Origin: an uncultured Aminicenantes bacterium
GTDB taxonomy: Bacteria; Acidobacteriota; Aminicenantia; UBA2199
Assembly (NCBI GenBank): GCA_965195285.1
Contig: CBDAFS010000022.1
Location: 1 to 38,774 of the forward strand
DNA: 38,774 bases
Reading direction: 5' to 3'
Below are positions 16,278 through 26,563 of this stretch, piece by piece. Positions within the stretch are counted from its first letter, which is position 1. Every line of letters begins with the position of its first letter. Below the pieces are notes generated by a model. The model was not told the DNA's origin. It did not search any database and worked only from the letters and a program-made list of their open reading frames with translations. A program made the position numbers and the translations under genes.

Positions 16278-19241
16278 TCATATATTGCCGCAGGCCACCC
16301 GGAAAGGGCAGTAACCGCAATATTGAGGATTGTGATGGTTGGCTACAAATGTTTTCCGTAGAAAAATATCCGCCATGATTTCCGTAAGATTATGTTTGAA
16401 ATTTCTCATCAGAATATTCTTTTCCTCAATTGAAATCATTTCCGGGCGACTTCCCCTCACAAAGACAGGTCTGAAAAAATCTTCAGCCGGTTTTAAAAAA
16501 ATATAAGCTGCATCTATCCGGGAATAATCATCGGTTTGGGGCTTCATCATCAAGGTATACATTAAAAGTTGAAAGCTTTCATAAAAATACCGAAATTCTT
16601 TGAGGGCTGTCAGCAATTCCGGCTTTTCCAGGTTTGATAGATCCTTCAAGCGAAAATCGACCGCCTTTTTTCTGATCCTGGGTTCAAACGGGGTTCCGGT
16701 CTTGTAATCAATCAACCGAATCAGACCTCTTTCTGTCTCGATCCGGTCAATTCTTCCTTTGAGCTTGATCAAGGAGGTGGAAAATGGCAAGTCCATCTCC
16801 ATAAACACTTTTTTTTCAAGTCCGGTAATCTCGATCCCATTCTTCCGTAGTCGCTGGATATCAGTGGCGAGAAAATCTTTCAATTTCTCAACCATTACCC
16901 AGCACCTGATTTTCCCAATCCCGGAAGCACCAACAAACCCTTTGTTACTAAACTCCTCCCCTAACATACGCTCCAGTTGACCTTCCAACTGGCTGAATTC
17001 CTCGGGAAAATGACCATTTCGATAGAATCTTTCCAGCACCCGGTGAACCACGGTTCCCAATTCTCCCGTATCCGGGTCCGGGGATAGCTCTTTCCGCTCT
17101 TCTATCCCCACGATATAGGAGAAATAAAACCGAAGGGGACAACGAACATAACTCTCCAGGGCAGAGGCGGAAAAGTTCATTTTCTTTATTTTTGCCATTA
17201 TGGAATCGTTCTTTTTCACGTTTTTCAACTCTTCTGATGGCAGTTCACATTTACAATTTTTCCGGATAATGGTTGGTGCTGCCTGGCCCTGTTTTTCTAT
17301 TTCATAGATTATCCGTTCAATGAATCGACTTTTCTCCGCCTTCTCGGTTCCCTCCTGGTTGTCAATCCAGAGAATATGGGCCTTTTTTGCCGATCCAAGC
17401 AATGAAAAAAAATTGTAGGCAAAAAGGATTTCCCATTGTGAATAACAGCGAACTCCGAAGGCCCGCCGGATATCATAGGGAAGCAAAGGATCATATTTGA
17501 AAGACTGGGGCAGGACACCCTCCAGGGCATCAACCACAATGACCTCATCAAAACTGAGTCCTCTGGATTCCAGCATGCCCATCACCTGGACTCCCTTCAG
17601 GGGAGATCCCTCAAAATAAATATGGACGCCGGAAAAATGATAGGAAAGCAGGGATACCATTGATCCAAAATCAGTCTGGCCGACATCCGATTCGTGTTCA
17701 CGGCAAAATCCGATTACCTGATCCAGAGTGTTTACCGCAGTGTTGACATAATCTTCGAGAAATAAGTGGTGCTTTTTATATTTCCCCACTGCCAATACCG
17801 CCTGTTTCAGAAATTCAGCCAGCTCCGGTAATAAAGCAGTACCATCAGCCAAAAAAGTGGCATGCAAATTCTTCACTTCAGCGATGATATCCCTTTTCAG
17901 ATCGGGAGAAAATTCTTCTGATTCAGCCAGAATCCGGGATATCTGATCCTCAACATTTTCCGGTCTAAAATAAAGCAAATTTTCCCGATTGATCAAATCC
18001 TCTATCAGATGGATTCCCCTTTTTAAAGGCTCCTCCTCATTCCCAATATTTCCTGAAAGTTTTATATAAGGATGGCGGATAAGATTCAGATAATCAGGTG
18101 AGAAAACATTTCCCTCTTCATTGCAGGATTCAGCCGCTTTCATCATGAATATCAGCAGTTGATAAAGCGGAGTTCTTCGAAATGGATACCCCAGAGAAAT
18201 ATTAAAGGGAACCCGCTCTTGCTGCTGGGAAAATCTGGATACCACCCCATGAATGAATGGAATAAGGGAGGCCGAATCGGGTAAAACCACGGCAATCTTT
18301 TTCAAGTCATCCGGTTGGTTGCAATCAGCCACAATGGCTTTCATTATTTCAACCACCTGAATCATCTGGGTTTCCAGATTGGGTAGGCAATAAAGATTGA
18401 CTTTACCGGATAACCGGTTCCATTCTAAATCCTTCACTTGATCCGGTCCGGGCTCGAGATTCAGCGATTCCAGCATCCGGGCCACCAGTACAAATGGAGA
18501 AGTCTGCTCATGAAGGGCTCCCGGATCACATCGTACCAGTATCCGGGCCTTTCCGGTTTTAAAGATGAGCTTCAGGATTTTTTCTTCACAGGCATTCAGG
18601 GCGCCCAGCCCGGAGAAAACAATCTCTTGTCCGGCTGGCACCCTCAATGCTTCCGCTTCGGCCAGGGATGCAGTCAATTTATAGGCGACTCCCCTGGAAT
18701 ACTGTTTGTTTTCCAGCAGGAGATCTTTATACTGTTCCACCAACAGCGGCATTTTACCGATAAAATCCTTATAGCTCTGATGATATTCACCCAGCTGTGT
18801 GAATTCCTGAAAGATCTCCCGATTTATTCGATCGGTAAATTCTCCTTCTATCAGTAATTCCTCAACCGCTTTCAGGATAAGCAAGGCCCAGGGGAAAAAA
18901 TCGGGAAAATGCGGATTTATTTTTCCACCGGTATAAACAGTGTCCTTGAATCCCCGGTTGATGGTTCTGAAAATTGCCAGTACTGCTTCCATTTCGTTGG
19001 CCATTCTGAATCCGGAATGGTTCAGATTAAAGAGCCGGAAAACAAATTGATCAATGGTCACCAGTTCCGGAGGGAAATAAGACCCTTTCAAATGGCTATT
19101 CAGCCTGTCTTTTATGAAAAACAACATCCTTTTCGATGGGGTAACCACACTCAGCCGGGAAAAATCCCGGGTGTTAAAAGAAATGATTTCGTCAACAGTG
19201 GCCTGAACCAGATCTTCACTACTTTTGACGAGCTTCAGCAT
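16278..19241 (-). CDS. addB: AddB-like inactive helicase / PD-(D/E)xK nuclease with Fe-S cysteines
   Basis: QVMGMLESRGL; SASALESYVRCP; GRIDRI..IDYKTG; CGYCPFRVAC; overlaps addA by 7 bp. Confidence 0.85.
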   Translation of the reverse strand: MLKLVKSSEDLVQATVDEIISFNTRDFSRLSVVTPSKRMLFFIKDRLNSHLKGSYFPPELVTIDQFVFRLFNLNHSGFRMANEMEAVLAIFRTINRGFKDTVYTGGKINPHFPDFFPWALLILKAVEELLIEGEFTDRINREIFQEFTQLGEYHQSYKDFIGKMPLLVEQYKDLLLENKQYSRGVAYKLTASLAEAEALRVPAGQEIVFSGLGALNACEEKILKLIFKTGKARILVRCDPGALHEQTSPFVLVARMLESLNLEPGPDQVKDLEWNRLSGKVNLYCLPNLETQMIQVVEIMKAIVADCNQPDDLKKIAVVLPDSASLIPFIHGVVSRFSQQQERVPFNISLGYPFRRTPLYQLLIFMMKAAESCNEEGNVFSPDYLNLIRHPYIKLSGNIGNEEEPLKRGIHLIEDLINRENLLYFRPENVEDQISRILAESEEFSPDLKRDIIAEVKNLHATFLADGTALLPELAEFLKQAVLAVGKYKKHHLFLEDYVNTAVNTLDQVIGFCREHESDVGQTDFGSMVSLLSYHFSGVHIYFEGSPLKGVQVMGMLESRGLSFDEVIVVDALEGVLPQSFKYDPLLPYDIRRAFGVRCYSQWEILFAYNFFSLLGSAKKAHILWIDNQEGTEKAEKSRFIERIIYEIEKQGQAAPTIIRKNCKCELPSEELKNVKKNDSIMAKIKKMNFSASALESYVRCPLRFYFSYIVGIEERKELSPDPDTGELGTVVHRVLERFYRNGHFPEEFSQLEGQLERMLGEEFSNKGFVGASGIGKIRCWVMVEKLKDFLATDIQRLRKNGIEITGLEKKVFMEMDLPFSTSLIKLKGRIDRIETERGLIRLIDYKTGTPFEPRIRKKAVDFRLKDLSNLEKPELLTALKEFRYFYESFQLLMYTLMMKPQTDDYSRIDAAYIFLKPAEDFFRPVFVRGSRPEMISIEEKNILMRNFKHNLTEIMADIFLRKTFVANHHNPQYCGYCPFRVACGNI

Positions 19242-22200
19242 GGTACCGGTTCCACCATATCCAGATCCGGGTACAGTAAGTACCCTTCGATTTTTTTCCC
19301 GGAAAACAAAGGTCCCAGAATATGAATATAATCCATTATCTGCTTCCGGTGTTGATCTGATTTTTTAGATCCGGTTTTAAAATCAATGACCAGGACCCGG
19401 TCCCCGGTCACGATCAGCCGATCAACCCGACGGTATTCAATCCACTCCCCGACATACCCGGCAATATCCTTTTCGTTGTAAACCTCCAGGTCACCATGAA
19501 ACAGGCAAAACACATCCTCCCGGGCCAAGAATTGGCATAGTCGTTTGTAATCATCATCACCGAGATATTCAGCCTTTGCCAGAGGTTTTATCAATTCGCC
19601 AATCTGATCTTTACTCTCAATTAGTTTAATCCGGGAAAATAAACGATGAATGGCCTCCCCTCGTTCAATCGATTTTTTTTCCTCAATACTGAATAGATCG
19701 GCAGAAGAAAAAACCAGGAATTCCTTCTGCCACTCAGAAGTGCTGATCTTTTTTGATTCCACAGACAAAAGATTTGCCGTTTTGTCAACCGGAGAGGAAT
19801 TCTCTTTAATATCAGGCCATTTACCCCAGGTACACTCCCTCCAGGTATCTGGCCCTTCATTTTCCCGGGCCGGATTCAGATTACCCTGGACCCAGGGATG
19901 ATTGGCAATAATCTCTGAAAAATCTTTAAACTTCCTAAAAGCATCTTCACGGACGGATCGACGCGGTTGCTGATGAATAAACGGAATAAACAGCGCATCT
20001 CTGGCCCGGGTCAAAGCCACATACAGGAGGTTTAATTCATCGACAAATCCCTTTTCAATTTCGCTCAGATACAGATCCTTTAAAACTGGATTGATCCGGG
20101 CGTAATTCTTGGATATATGATAGAAATCTCCACCCTTCCAGTATAGCTTCTTCTCTCCCCTGCCTGATTTCCCGGCCAGGGGAATCATTACGACCGGAAA
20201 TTCAAGCCCTTTGGCCTTATGGATGGTCAATACCCGGATTCTGGTTTCATCATCCGACACATTGATAGTATAGGGATTCCGACTTTGAATATTTTTCTCC
20301 CATTCCGCCAGCAGAGCAGCGATTGAATTAATTTCTTTCTGCTCCAGATCATGCAAAATACTACCAAAACTTAAAAAAAACGGCGTTGAAAAGGGAAAAT
20401 TTTCAAATAACTGGAATTTCAAGGTTAAATCCTGGAAGATATCATATGGAGGAGAAAAACCCGCCTGTTTTACAAAAGGATCAATCAGACATTCCCAGGT
20501 TTTCGGAACCAGATCTTTGCATCGTTTATACAACGGTTTACCCATTGAGACCTCGGTCAAGGAAGATTCATTAAATTTTTTCATTTCGCCGGGAAACAAT
20601 TGTTTGGCTCTCTGTTTAAATATTTCTCCGGATATGAAGGTGAATAAATTCAAATGATCAGGGAGATAGTCAATGAAGCGAAAAAAACATATGATTTCCT
20701 GGATCAACCTTGATGAGGAGAGAAACAAAGACTCATCCGAAATGGTTGGAATCTGCCGGCCCTCCAAAAAGCGAACCATATCCCTGCCTTCATCATTCGA
20801 CCGGGTGAGAACCGCAATATCAGATCCCTTATATCCTTGTTCTTTCAGACGTTTAATAATCTGTTCACATTTATCATAGAGCCTGGATTGCGGTTCCTGG
20901 GAGCTACCAGCCTCTGTTTTCATGTATTCCAACATGGAAACCTGGACAAAACCTTCATTTTTCAGCCCGGATGGTGAAACATCCTGTTTGGCCGTGTCGA
21001 AATTGGATTGAACTTTTCGGGTAAGCTCACCGGTTACTCCCAGATTGTCCAGCATCAGCTTCAAATTTCGGGGATCCCAGAAGGAATTATTGAAGTGTAC
21101 GATATTTTTACCGCTTCGAAAGTTCTGTTTCAACACCCGGGTAAACCGGCCCAGGCCCAATAAGTTCAGAACTCCCAGTTCCTTTCGCAACCGATCTTCA
21201 TTCATCAATTCGGCATTACCCCCTCTCCAGCGGTAAATCGCCTGCTTGGGGTCACCGACAATGAATATGGATGATTTTTCTTCTGACACCAGTACTTCTT
21301 CAAGTATCGGAACCAGCGCCTGGAACTGGAGCTCACTGGTATCCTGAAACTCATCAAAAAGAAAATGCCGGAAACGGTCGGATAATTTCAGGTATATATA
21401 GGGCAGGGCTGATTTCTCCCAGGCAGAAAGTTTTTTACGCAGGGTTCTGGAAAATTCATTGACAAAAATGACCTTTCTCTCGCTTTCCCAGAACCGGAGA
21501 TAATCGCCAAAGAAATGTGAAAAATGACTGACCCGGTTCAGGCTCAGCAATAGAATACAATGGGCAAGTTGGTTTCTGGTTTTTTGGAATTTCCGAGAAA
21601 ATAACTTCCGGAAGTTTTCATCGGTATTTTTTTTAAAACACGATGTGCAATCTTCCAAGGTAAACATTTTTTTATCGATTATCGGATCAATTTTCTTCAG
21701 GTTTTTGCTATCTTCGATAAAATCCCGGACAGCTGAAACCAGACTACGATTCACCACCACTTTATTGATTCCCGGATGAACTTCACCCGGACCCGAATCG
21801 GATAGAATGATTGAGAACAGGGCAGATAAATTCTGTCTGAAAACTTCAACCGCCTTAAAGACCTGCTCACCGTTATTCCGGGGTGACACATTTTCCTCAA
21901 TACCCTGGTACTGGGCAATACCGTAGAAATCAACAAGATAGCTGGTAATGACTTCATCAATATTCCATCGGTGAAGGGTTTCACTGTTTTTTATATTGGA
22001 TAACACACTTTTAAAAAATTCCCATTCCTGATGACAAATGTTCTCAATGAACTGGCGCGCTTTTTCTCGGAGTTTATCCCCGGCATCCAATCCGATCTCA
22101 AAATCAGGTGGCAAATTCAAATCCGGGGATATGACTTTGATAATTGAACTCATCAATGAATCAATGGTTTTCACATTGAAATCATGATAATGGGAAATGA

Positions 22201-22549
22201 TCCGCTCAATAATGAGGGCGGATAACTGAACAATCTTTCCCTCATCCAGCTTCAATTCTCGGGACAACTTTGTCAGGAATTCCTTATCCCCGGCCGAAAG
22301 TGGATTCTGTTGAGCGCACAGAGAAAATCTTTTTAACTTTTCCAGAATCCTCTCTTTCATTTCATTGGCTGCTTTATTGGTGAAGGTGATGGCCAGTATA
22401 GAACCTATCAGACGCTCCGTATCTTCGGCAGTCCTGCCCGATTGAAGATGGGAATCAAACAATTGGATAACGTGTTTTAAATATTCGAAGGTTAACTGAT
22501 AGGTTTTGCCGGAACCGGCAGCAGCTTCATATTTTATGATCCGATCCAC
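19235..22549 (-). CDS. addA: AddA-like UvrD helicase-nuclease
   Basis: AAAGSGKT, AITFTNKAANEMKERI, DEFQDT, VGDPKQAIYRWRGG, TIHKAKGLEF, LYVALTRA, RVDR..IDFKTG; GTG start. Confidence 0.9.
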   Translation of the reverse strand: MDRIIKYEAAAGSGKTYQLTFEYLKHVIQLFDSHLQSGRTAEDTERLIGSILAITFTNKAANEMKERILEKLKRFSLCAQQNPLSAGDKEFLTKLSRELKLDEGKIVQLSALIIERIISHYHDFNVKTIDSLMSSIIKVISPDLNLPPDFEIGLDAGDKLREKARQFIENICHQEWEFFKSVLSNIKNSETLHRWNIDEVITSYLVDFYGIAQYQGIEENVSPRNNGEQVFKAVEVFRQNLSALFSIILSDSGPGEVHPGINKVVVNRSLVSAVRDFIEDSKNLKKIDPIIDKKMFTLEDCTSCFKKNTDENFRKLFSRKFQKTRNQLAHCILLLSLNRVSHFSHFFGDYLRFWESERKVIFVNEFSRTLRKKLSAWEKSALPYIYLKLSDRFRHFLFDEFQDTSELQFQALVPILEEVLVSEEKSSIFIVGDPKQAIYRWRGGNAELMNEDRLRKELGVLNLLGLGRFTRVLKQNFRSGKNIVHFNNSFWDPRNLKLMLDNLGVTGELTRKVQSNFDTAKQDVSPSGLKNEGFVQVSMLEYMKTEAGSSQEPQSRLYDKCEQIIKRLKEQGYKGSDIAVLTRSNDEGRDMVRFLEGRQIPTISDESLFLSSSRLIQEIICFFRFIDYLPDHLNLFTFISGEIFKQRAKQLFPGEMKKFNESSLTEVSMGKPLYKRCKDLVPKTWECLIDPFVKQAGFSPPYDIFQDLTLKFQLFENFPFSTPFFLSFGSILHDLEQKEINSIAALLAEWEKNIQSRNPYTINVSDDETRIRVLTIHKAKGLEFPVVMIPLAGKSGRGEKKLYWKGGDFYHISKNYARINPVLKDLYLSEIEKGFVDELNLLYVALTRARDALFIPFIHQQPRRSVREDAFRKFKDFSEIIANHPWVQGNLNPARENEGPDTWRECTWGKWPDIKENSSPVDKTANLLSVESKKISTSEWQKEFLVFSSADLFSIEEKKSIERGEAIHRLFSRIKLIESKDQIGELIKPLAKAEYLGDDDYKRLCQFLAREDVFCLFHGDLEVYNEKDIAGYVGEWIEYRRVDRLIVTGDRVLVIDFKTGSKKSDQHRKQIMDYIHILGPLFSGKKIEGYLLYPDLDMVEPVPC

Positions 22550-22592
22550 TTTATCCCAAGCCTATTTATCAGTCTCCTTGTCGCTTGATATT

Positions 22593-24176
22593 TTAGTGTT
22601 TATATCGGACAGACTCCATGGGAAAGGTCAATTTATCTCTCCATTGAGGAACAATTTTATTTCTGTTCAAGTGATCGATTAATAGCAGGGCAAATTTTAT
22701 GGTCTGCTTCATTCCTTTTAATTTCCATCGGGGATCATATTCATCTTCAACAGTATGGTATTTGGTTTTCCAGAATTGAGTATATTTCCTTTCTCCGGAT
22801 TCATCATCCTCACCCGCACTTATCCAGATAGCCGGGATATCATACCTGGCAAACGAGAACTGATCGGAACGATAAAAAAAACCCTGATTGGACATGGAAA
22901 AATAAGAATATTCTAGGCCTTCTTTTCGAGCTAGTTGCTTCAATATATTTTCAAAGGTTGAAAATCTTGCCCCGATTCCCATGATACTCCTGCTTTTTTC
23001 CCAGACCGGTGTGGATTCAAAATTGATATTGGCAACAATTGTCTCTCTATCGGTATTTTGAACATAAAATTTGGAACCCAGCAGCCCGGCTTCTTCCGAA
23101 TTACAGGCCAGAAAGGTCACGGTATAGTACAAATCATTTTGAAATTCTTTCAGGATTTTGGCAACCATGACCATCGAGGCCACAGCTGTGCCATTATCAA
23201 TAGCACCATTGAAAATATTATCCCCTCTTTTTCGATCATCTTTGCCTAAATGATCGATATGAGCACTGATAACTATCCGTTTGGCAGTTTTCCCGGGGAG
23301 ATGTGCAATAACATTTTTATTGCTTATTTCTCTAAAATTATTTTTCCCACTTATCTTTATCTTAAAGCCAAGGTCTACAGGCTTAAAATTTCTCTTCAAT
23401 GAGCGTTGGTATAATTGATTCAGGTCTATTTTTCGAGCTTCTAAAATTTTTCTTAAACTGGCTTCTTTAATCCAGGCCCGAAACCTCAGATTGTTTTTCA
23501 AATCAGATTCTAAATAAACTTCTTCTCCGCTCCAGGAATTTTCCACTACATTCCACCCATAACCTGCTGTTTCATCGGTATGAATGAGAATAATCCCAGT
23601 TGCCCCTCTCCTGGCAGCCGCTTCTATATGATAGGTCCATCTTCCGAAATAGGTTAGTATTTTACCCTCAAAAATATTGGGAAGATACATACCCGGATCA
23701 TTAACCCTGGCAATTACTATTTTATTTTTAATATCAAAATCTTTATAATCATCCCATTTCCACAAACCTGTTTTAATCCCAAAACCGATAAAAACAGCAT
23801 CTCCTTCAAGTTCAAACTCTTTTTTTCCCCTAGCATAAGTGCCAATAACATCATCGAGATATCTTAAATTTATGCCATTGGCTTCAACCTGTAATTGTTT
23901 AATAGTGAATCCTTTTAGTTTGAAATTTTGCAAGTATTTATTATTGAATCCGGGTTCTAAGTCCAGAAGCTTAAAAATACTTCTCATATATAATTCACTC
24001 AATTCACCACCCCGGGTTCCAGGGGCCCGACCCTCCACCAGATCATGGGCCAAAAATTCGACCACACTCTGCATTTCCAACCTTGATATGCTGTCAATCC
24101 GTTCTTCCAACTGTGAGGGATGTAAAAACGAAAAAATACAAAAAACCAAAAAAAACATGACCACGATCTTTTTCAT
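22593..24176 (-). CDS. Secreted M28-family metallopeptidase with PA domain
   Basis: Signal peptide; EGRAPGT; SAHIDHLG; GAIDNGT; EEAGLLGS; RSDQFSF; YHTVED; AAGGAG RBS before ATG 24176. Confidence 0.9.
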   Translation of the reverse strand: MKKIVVMFFLVFCIFSFLHPSQLEERIDSISRLEMQSVVEFLAHDLVEGRAPGTRGGELSELYMRSIFKLLDLEPGFNNKYLQNFKLKGFTIKQLQVEANGINLRYLDDVIGTYARGKKEFELEGDAVFIGFGIKTGLWKWDDYKDFDIKNKIVIARVNDPGMYLPNIFEGKILTYFGRWTYHIEAAARRGATGIILIHTDETAGYGWNVVENSWSGEEVYLESDLKNNLRFRAWIKEASLRKILEARKIDLNQLYQRSLKRNFKPVDLGFKIKISGKNNFREISNKNVIAHLPGKTAKRIVISAHIDHLGKDDRKRGDNIFNGAIDNGTAVASMVMVAKILKEFQNDLYYTVTFLACNSEEAGLLGSKFYVQNTDRETIVANINFESTPVWEKSRSIMGIGARFSTFENILKQLARKEGLEYSYFSMSNQGFFYRSDQFSFARYDIPAIWISAGEDDESGERKYTQFWKTKYHTVEDEYDPRWKLKGMKQTIKFALLLIDHLNRNKIVPQWRDKLTFPMESVRYKH

Positions 24177-24234
24177 TTCTGACTCCTTGACCTTTCTGGG
24201 CCTAGTCATTGATGTGATTAATATTCATCCGGAA

Positions 24235-24471
24235 TCAATCCCTGTCTTTTTCTCCGGATTGATTACCAATATGCTTTTGGGCTTCTGAATAATGCCCGGC
24301 CGGTACCATGATTCTCACTTCACCCAATCCATTCATGGTAATTCCGAATAATCGGCCTACAGATTCAAACTTCAGGAAACAGGGAATATGATAGCTTTCC
24401 AGTTTTGCTTTGATGATTTCAGCCTCCATCATTCCCTCAACCACCGCAACTTCCTTCAGATCTTTCTTCAT
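24235..24471 (-). CDS. DUF2007 putative signal-transducing protein
   Basis: EAEIIKAKLES..IP ... GEVRIMVP...A pattern. Confidence 0.8.
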   Translation of the reverse strand: MKKDLKEVAVVEGMMEAEIIKAKLESYHIPCFLKFESVGRLFGITMNGLGEVRIMVPAGHYSEAQKHIGNQSGEKDRD

Positions 24472-24571
24472 GAACCAATCATATATCAGTTTTCAGAAAA
24501 TTTCAAATCCGGCAGAACGGAAGGGTTCGGGAATGATATCCGGAAAAAATCAGAAAGGGGAAATCGGTAAA

Positions 24572-25552
24572 CTAAAGACGCACCACCACTCCGGCCCAGG
24601 TGAATCCGGCCCCGAAGGAGGACATCAACACACGGTCGCCCGGTTTAACCCGGCCTTCTCTGACTGCCTGGTCCAGAGCAATGGGAATGGTTGCAGATGA
24701 TATATTGGCAATTTTATCAATATTGATAAGGGTTTTTTCCAGGGGAATCTTGGCCCGCTTGATGGTGGCTTCGATAATCCGGATATTGGCCTGATGGGGT
24801 ATATAAAGGGCAATATCCTCACTGGTTAGTCCGGCCAGTTCGATGGCCTTGATGGCGGCTTCCTGCATCCGCAGTACCGCATGCTTGAACACATCGTTTC
24901 CCTTCATGTGTATGGTATGCAGCTTATTCTTCACCGATTCGATACTGGCCGGTATGGCACTCCCGCCGGCAGGCTGGTAAAGCAACTCGCCCAGGTTACC
25001 ATCCGCACCCCAGTATGTGGACATGATTCCGGACTCATCCTGGCTGGCTTCCAGGACCACAGCGCCGGCTCCATCACCGAACAACACGCAGGTATTGCGA
25101 TCCTCCCAGTTCATAATACGGGTCATGATCTCAGCTCCGGCCACCAGAATTCTTTTGGCCACACCGGTCTTGATTAATGAATTGGCCATAATCAGTCCAT
25201 ACAGAAAACCGGAGCAAGCTGCCCCGATATCAAACGAGGGAATAGGCTTCAGGCCCAGTTTCTTTTGAACCCAGTTTCCGGTGGATGGGAAAGCCGTATC
25301 ACCGGAAATGGTTCCCACAATGATTAAATCGATATCGTTTTTATCAATTTGAGCAGATTGAATAGCCCGGATAGAAGCCTCATAAACCAGATCGGAATTG
25401 GCTTGATTGGCAGCGGCAATATGCCTCTCTCTTATCCCGGTTCGGGATAAAATCCATTCATCAGACGTATCTACCCTTTTTGCCCAGTCATGATTGGTCA
25501 TGACTTCCTCAGGTAAATATGAACCGGTTCCGATGATTTTTGCTTTAATCAA
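24572..25552 (-). CDS. fabH: Beta-ketoacyl-ACP synthase III
   Basis: DTSDEWI..RTGI.ER, AACSGF, LFGDGAGA, PHQANIRI, FGAGFTW; TTG start. Confidence 0.95.
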   Translation of the reverse strand: MIKAKIIGTGSYLPEEVMTNHDWAKRVDTSDEWILSRTGIRERHIAAANQANSDLVYEASIRAIQSAQIDKNDIDLIIVGTISGDTAFPSTGNWVQKKLGLKPIPSFDIGAACSGFLYGLIMANSLIKTGVAKRILVAGAEIMTRIMNWEDRNTCVLFGDGAGAVVLEASQDESGIMSTYWGADGNLGELLYQPAGGSAIPASIESVKNKLHTIHMKGNDVFKHAVLRMQEAAIKAIELAGLTSEDIALYIPHQANIRIIEATIKRAKIPLEKTLINIDKIANISSATIPIALDQAVREGRVKPGDRVLMSSFGAGFTWAGVVVRL

Positions 25553-26441
25553 CTTGAACTTCTCGGAAGTAAAGTAGGTATAGTTGAACCCCCAATTCCC
25601 GGCTATCTTTATTTTCGGGATTCAGGGAAGAGGGGATGAAAGTCTTGTTGGTCTCGATAGTTAATCTAAATTCCGGTTCATCACCCAGCTGTTCGGGTGT
25701 CAGTATATATTTTTTTTCAAAGGTAACCGAATCTGAAATAAATGCTTCCAGCAGTGTATCGTTTATTTTCAGGATAACCGTCTGATCCTGGAATATGGAT
25801 TTGTGAAGCCCACCCTTGATAATCAGAACGGATTTCTTCTTGGGGTTCTCAATAATGCATTCCGCTTTTTTGGTGGTCCATCTCCATACCCGGTAAAAGG
25901 GATTCGAAAGGGCCAGGTTCATCTCTTCTTCGTTCCAGCCTTCAGAATAAATGATATCCGGGGCATTTATGGAAGCCGGCTGTACATTTAACACCTGGTT
26001 AAACAGTACGATTTTTTCCGTGGGATTCTGGGGATCATAGAGTCCCGACTGGAGCTTTATCTCCTCAAAACCTTCAAAATCAATATCCAGTTCATCCAGG
26101 AACTTGGGAATGAAAAACATTCTTGAATATGAAACCTTATCACCCGCTTTCCATTCACTGGTCTTTTTAACCGGCAGGTGATCATCCTGAACCAGCATTT
26201 CCTTGCTCTTCAATCTCCAAAAATGAACAAAGACCAAATAATCTTTATCTATTTTAATAAAATCATCCAATATTTCATATTCATAGTCCATGGTAACATA
26301 TAGAAAATCGGTAATGGTATCCGGAGATAATGACAGATTGAGTTTTACCCCCACATCGGCAATCTGATCACCCTCTTTTTTTCCACAGGACATCAGCAAC
26401 ACTAAAACCAAAAGCAAATAACTTAAATTCCTCATTTTCAT
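25545..26441 (-). CDS. Uncharacterised lipoprotein
   Basis: Lipobox LLMSC, GAGGAGG RBS, overlaps fabH by 8 bp. Confidence 0.75.
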   Translation of the reverse strand: MKMRNLSYLLLVLVLLMSCGKKEGDQIADVGVKLNLSLSPDTITDFLYVTMDYEYEILDDFIKIDKDYLVFVHFWRLKSKEMLVQDDHLPVKKTSEWKAGDKVSYSRMFFIPKFLDELDIDFEGFEEIKLQSGLYDPQNPTEKIVLFNQVLNVQPASINAPDIIYSEGWNEEEMNLALSNPFYRVWRWTTKKAECIIENPKKKSVLIIKGGLHKSIFQDQTVILKINDTLLEAFISDSVTFEKKYILTPEQLGDEPEFRLTIETNKTFIPSSLNPENKDSRELGVQLYLLYFREVQVD

Positions 26442-26508
26442 GTGGCCTCCTCATTTAGGCTTAATAATGTATCATATTTAATGGCATAAATCAAATCCCA
26501 ACTCATAG

Positions 26509-26538
26509 AAAAAAGGGCAATCTGCCTGAGATTGCCCT
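26509..26538 (-). terminator. Intrinsic terminator of dnaK
   Basis: 10-bp stem AGGGCAATCT/AGATTGCCCT, 5-nt loop, U-tract on the minus strand. Confidence 0.85.
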
Positions 26539-26563
26539 CAAAATTCAAACCGCTTTGCTGATC

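Noticed and set aside
23200-24000. AT-richer interior of the M28 peptidase as a foreign insert
   Set aside because: ORF is continuous, retains CCGG sites and has no boundary repeats
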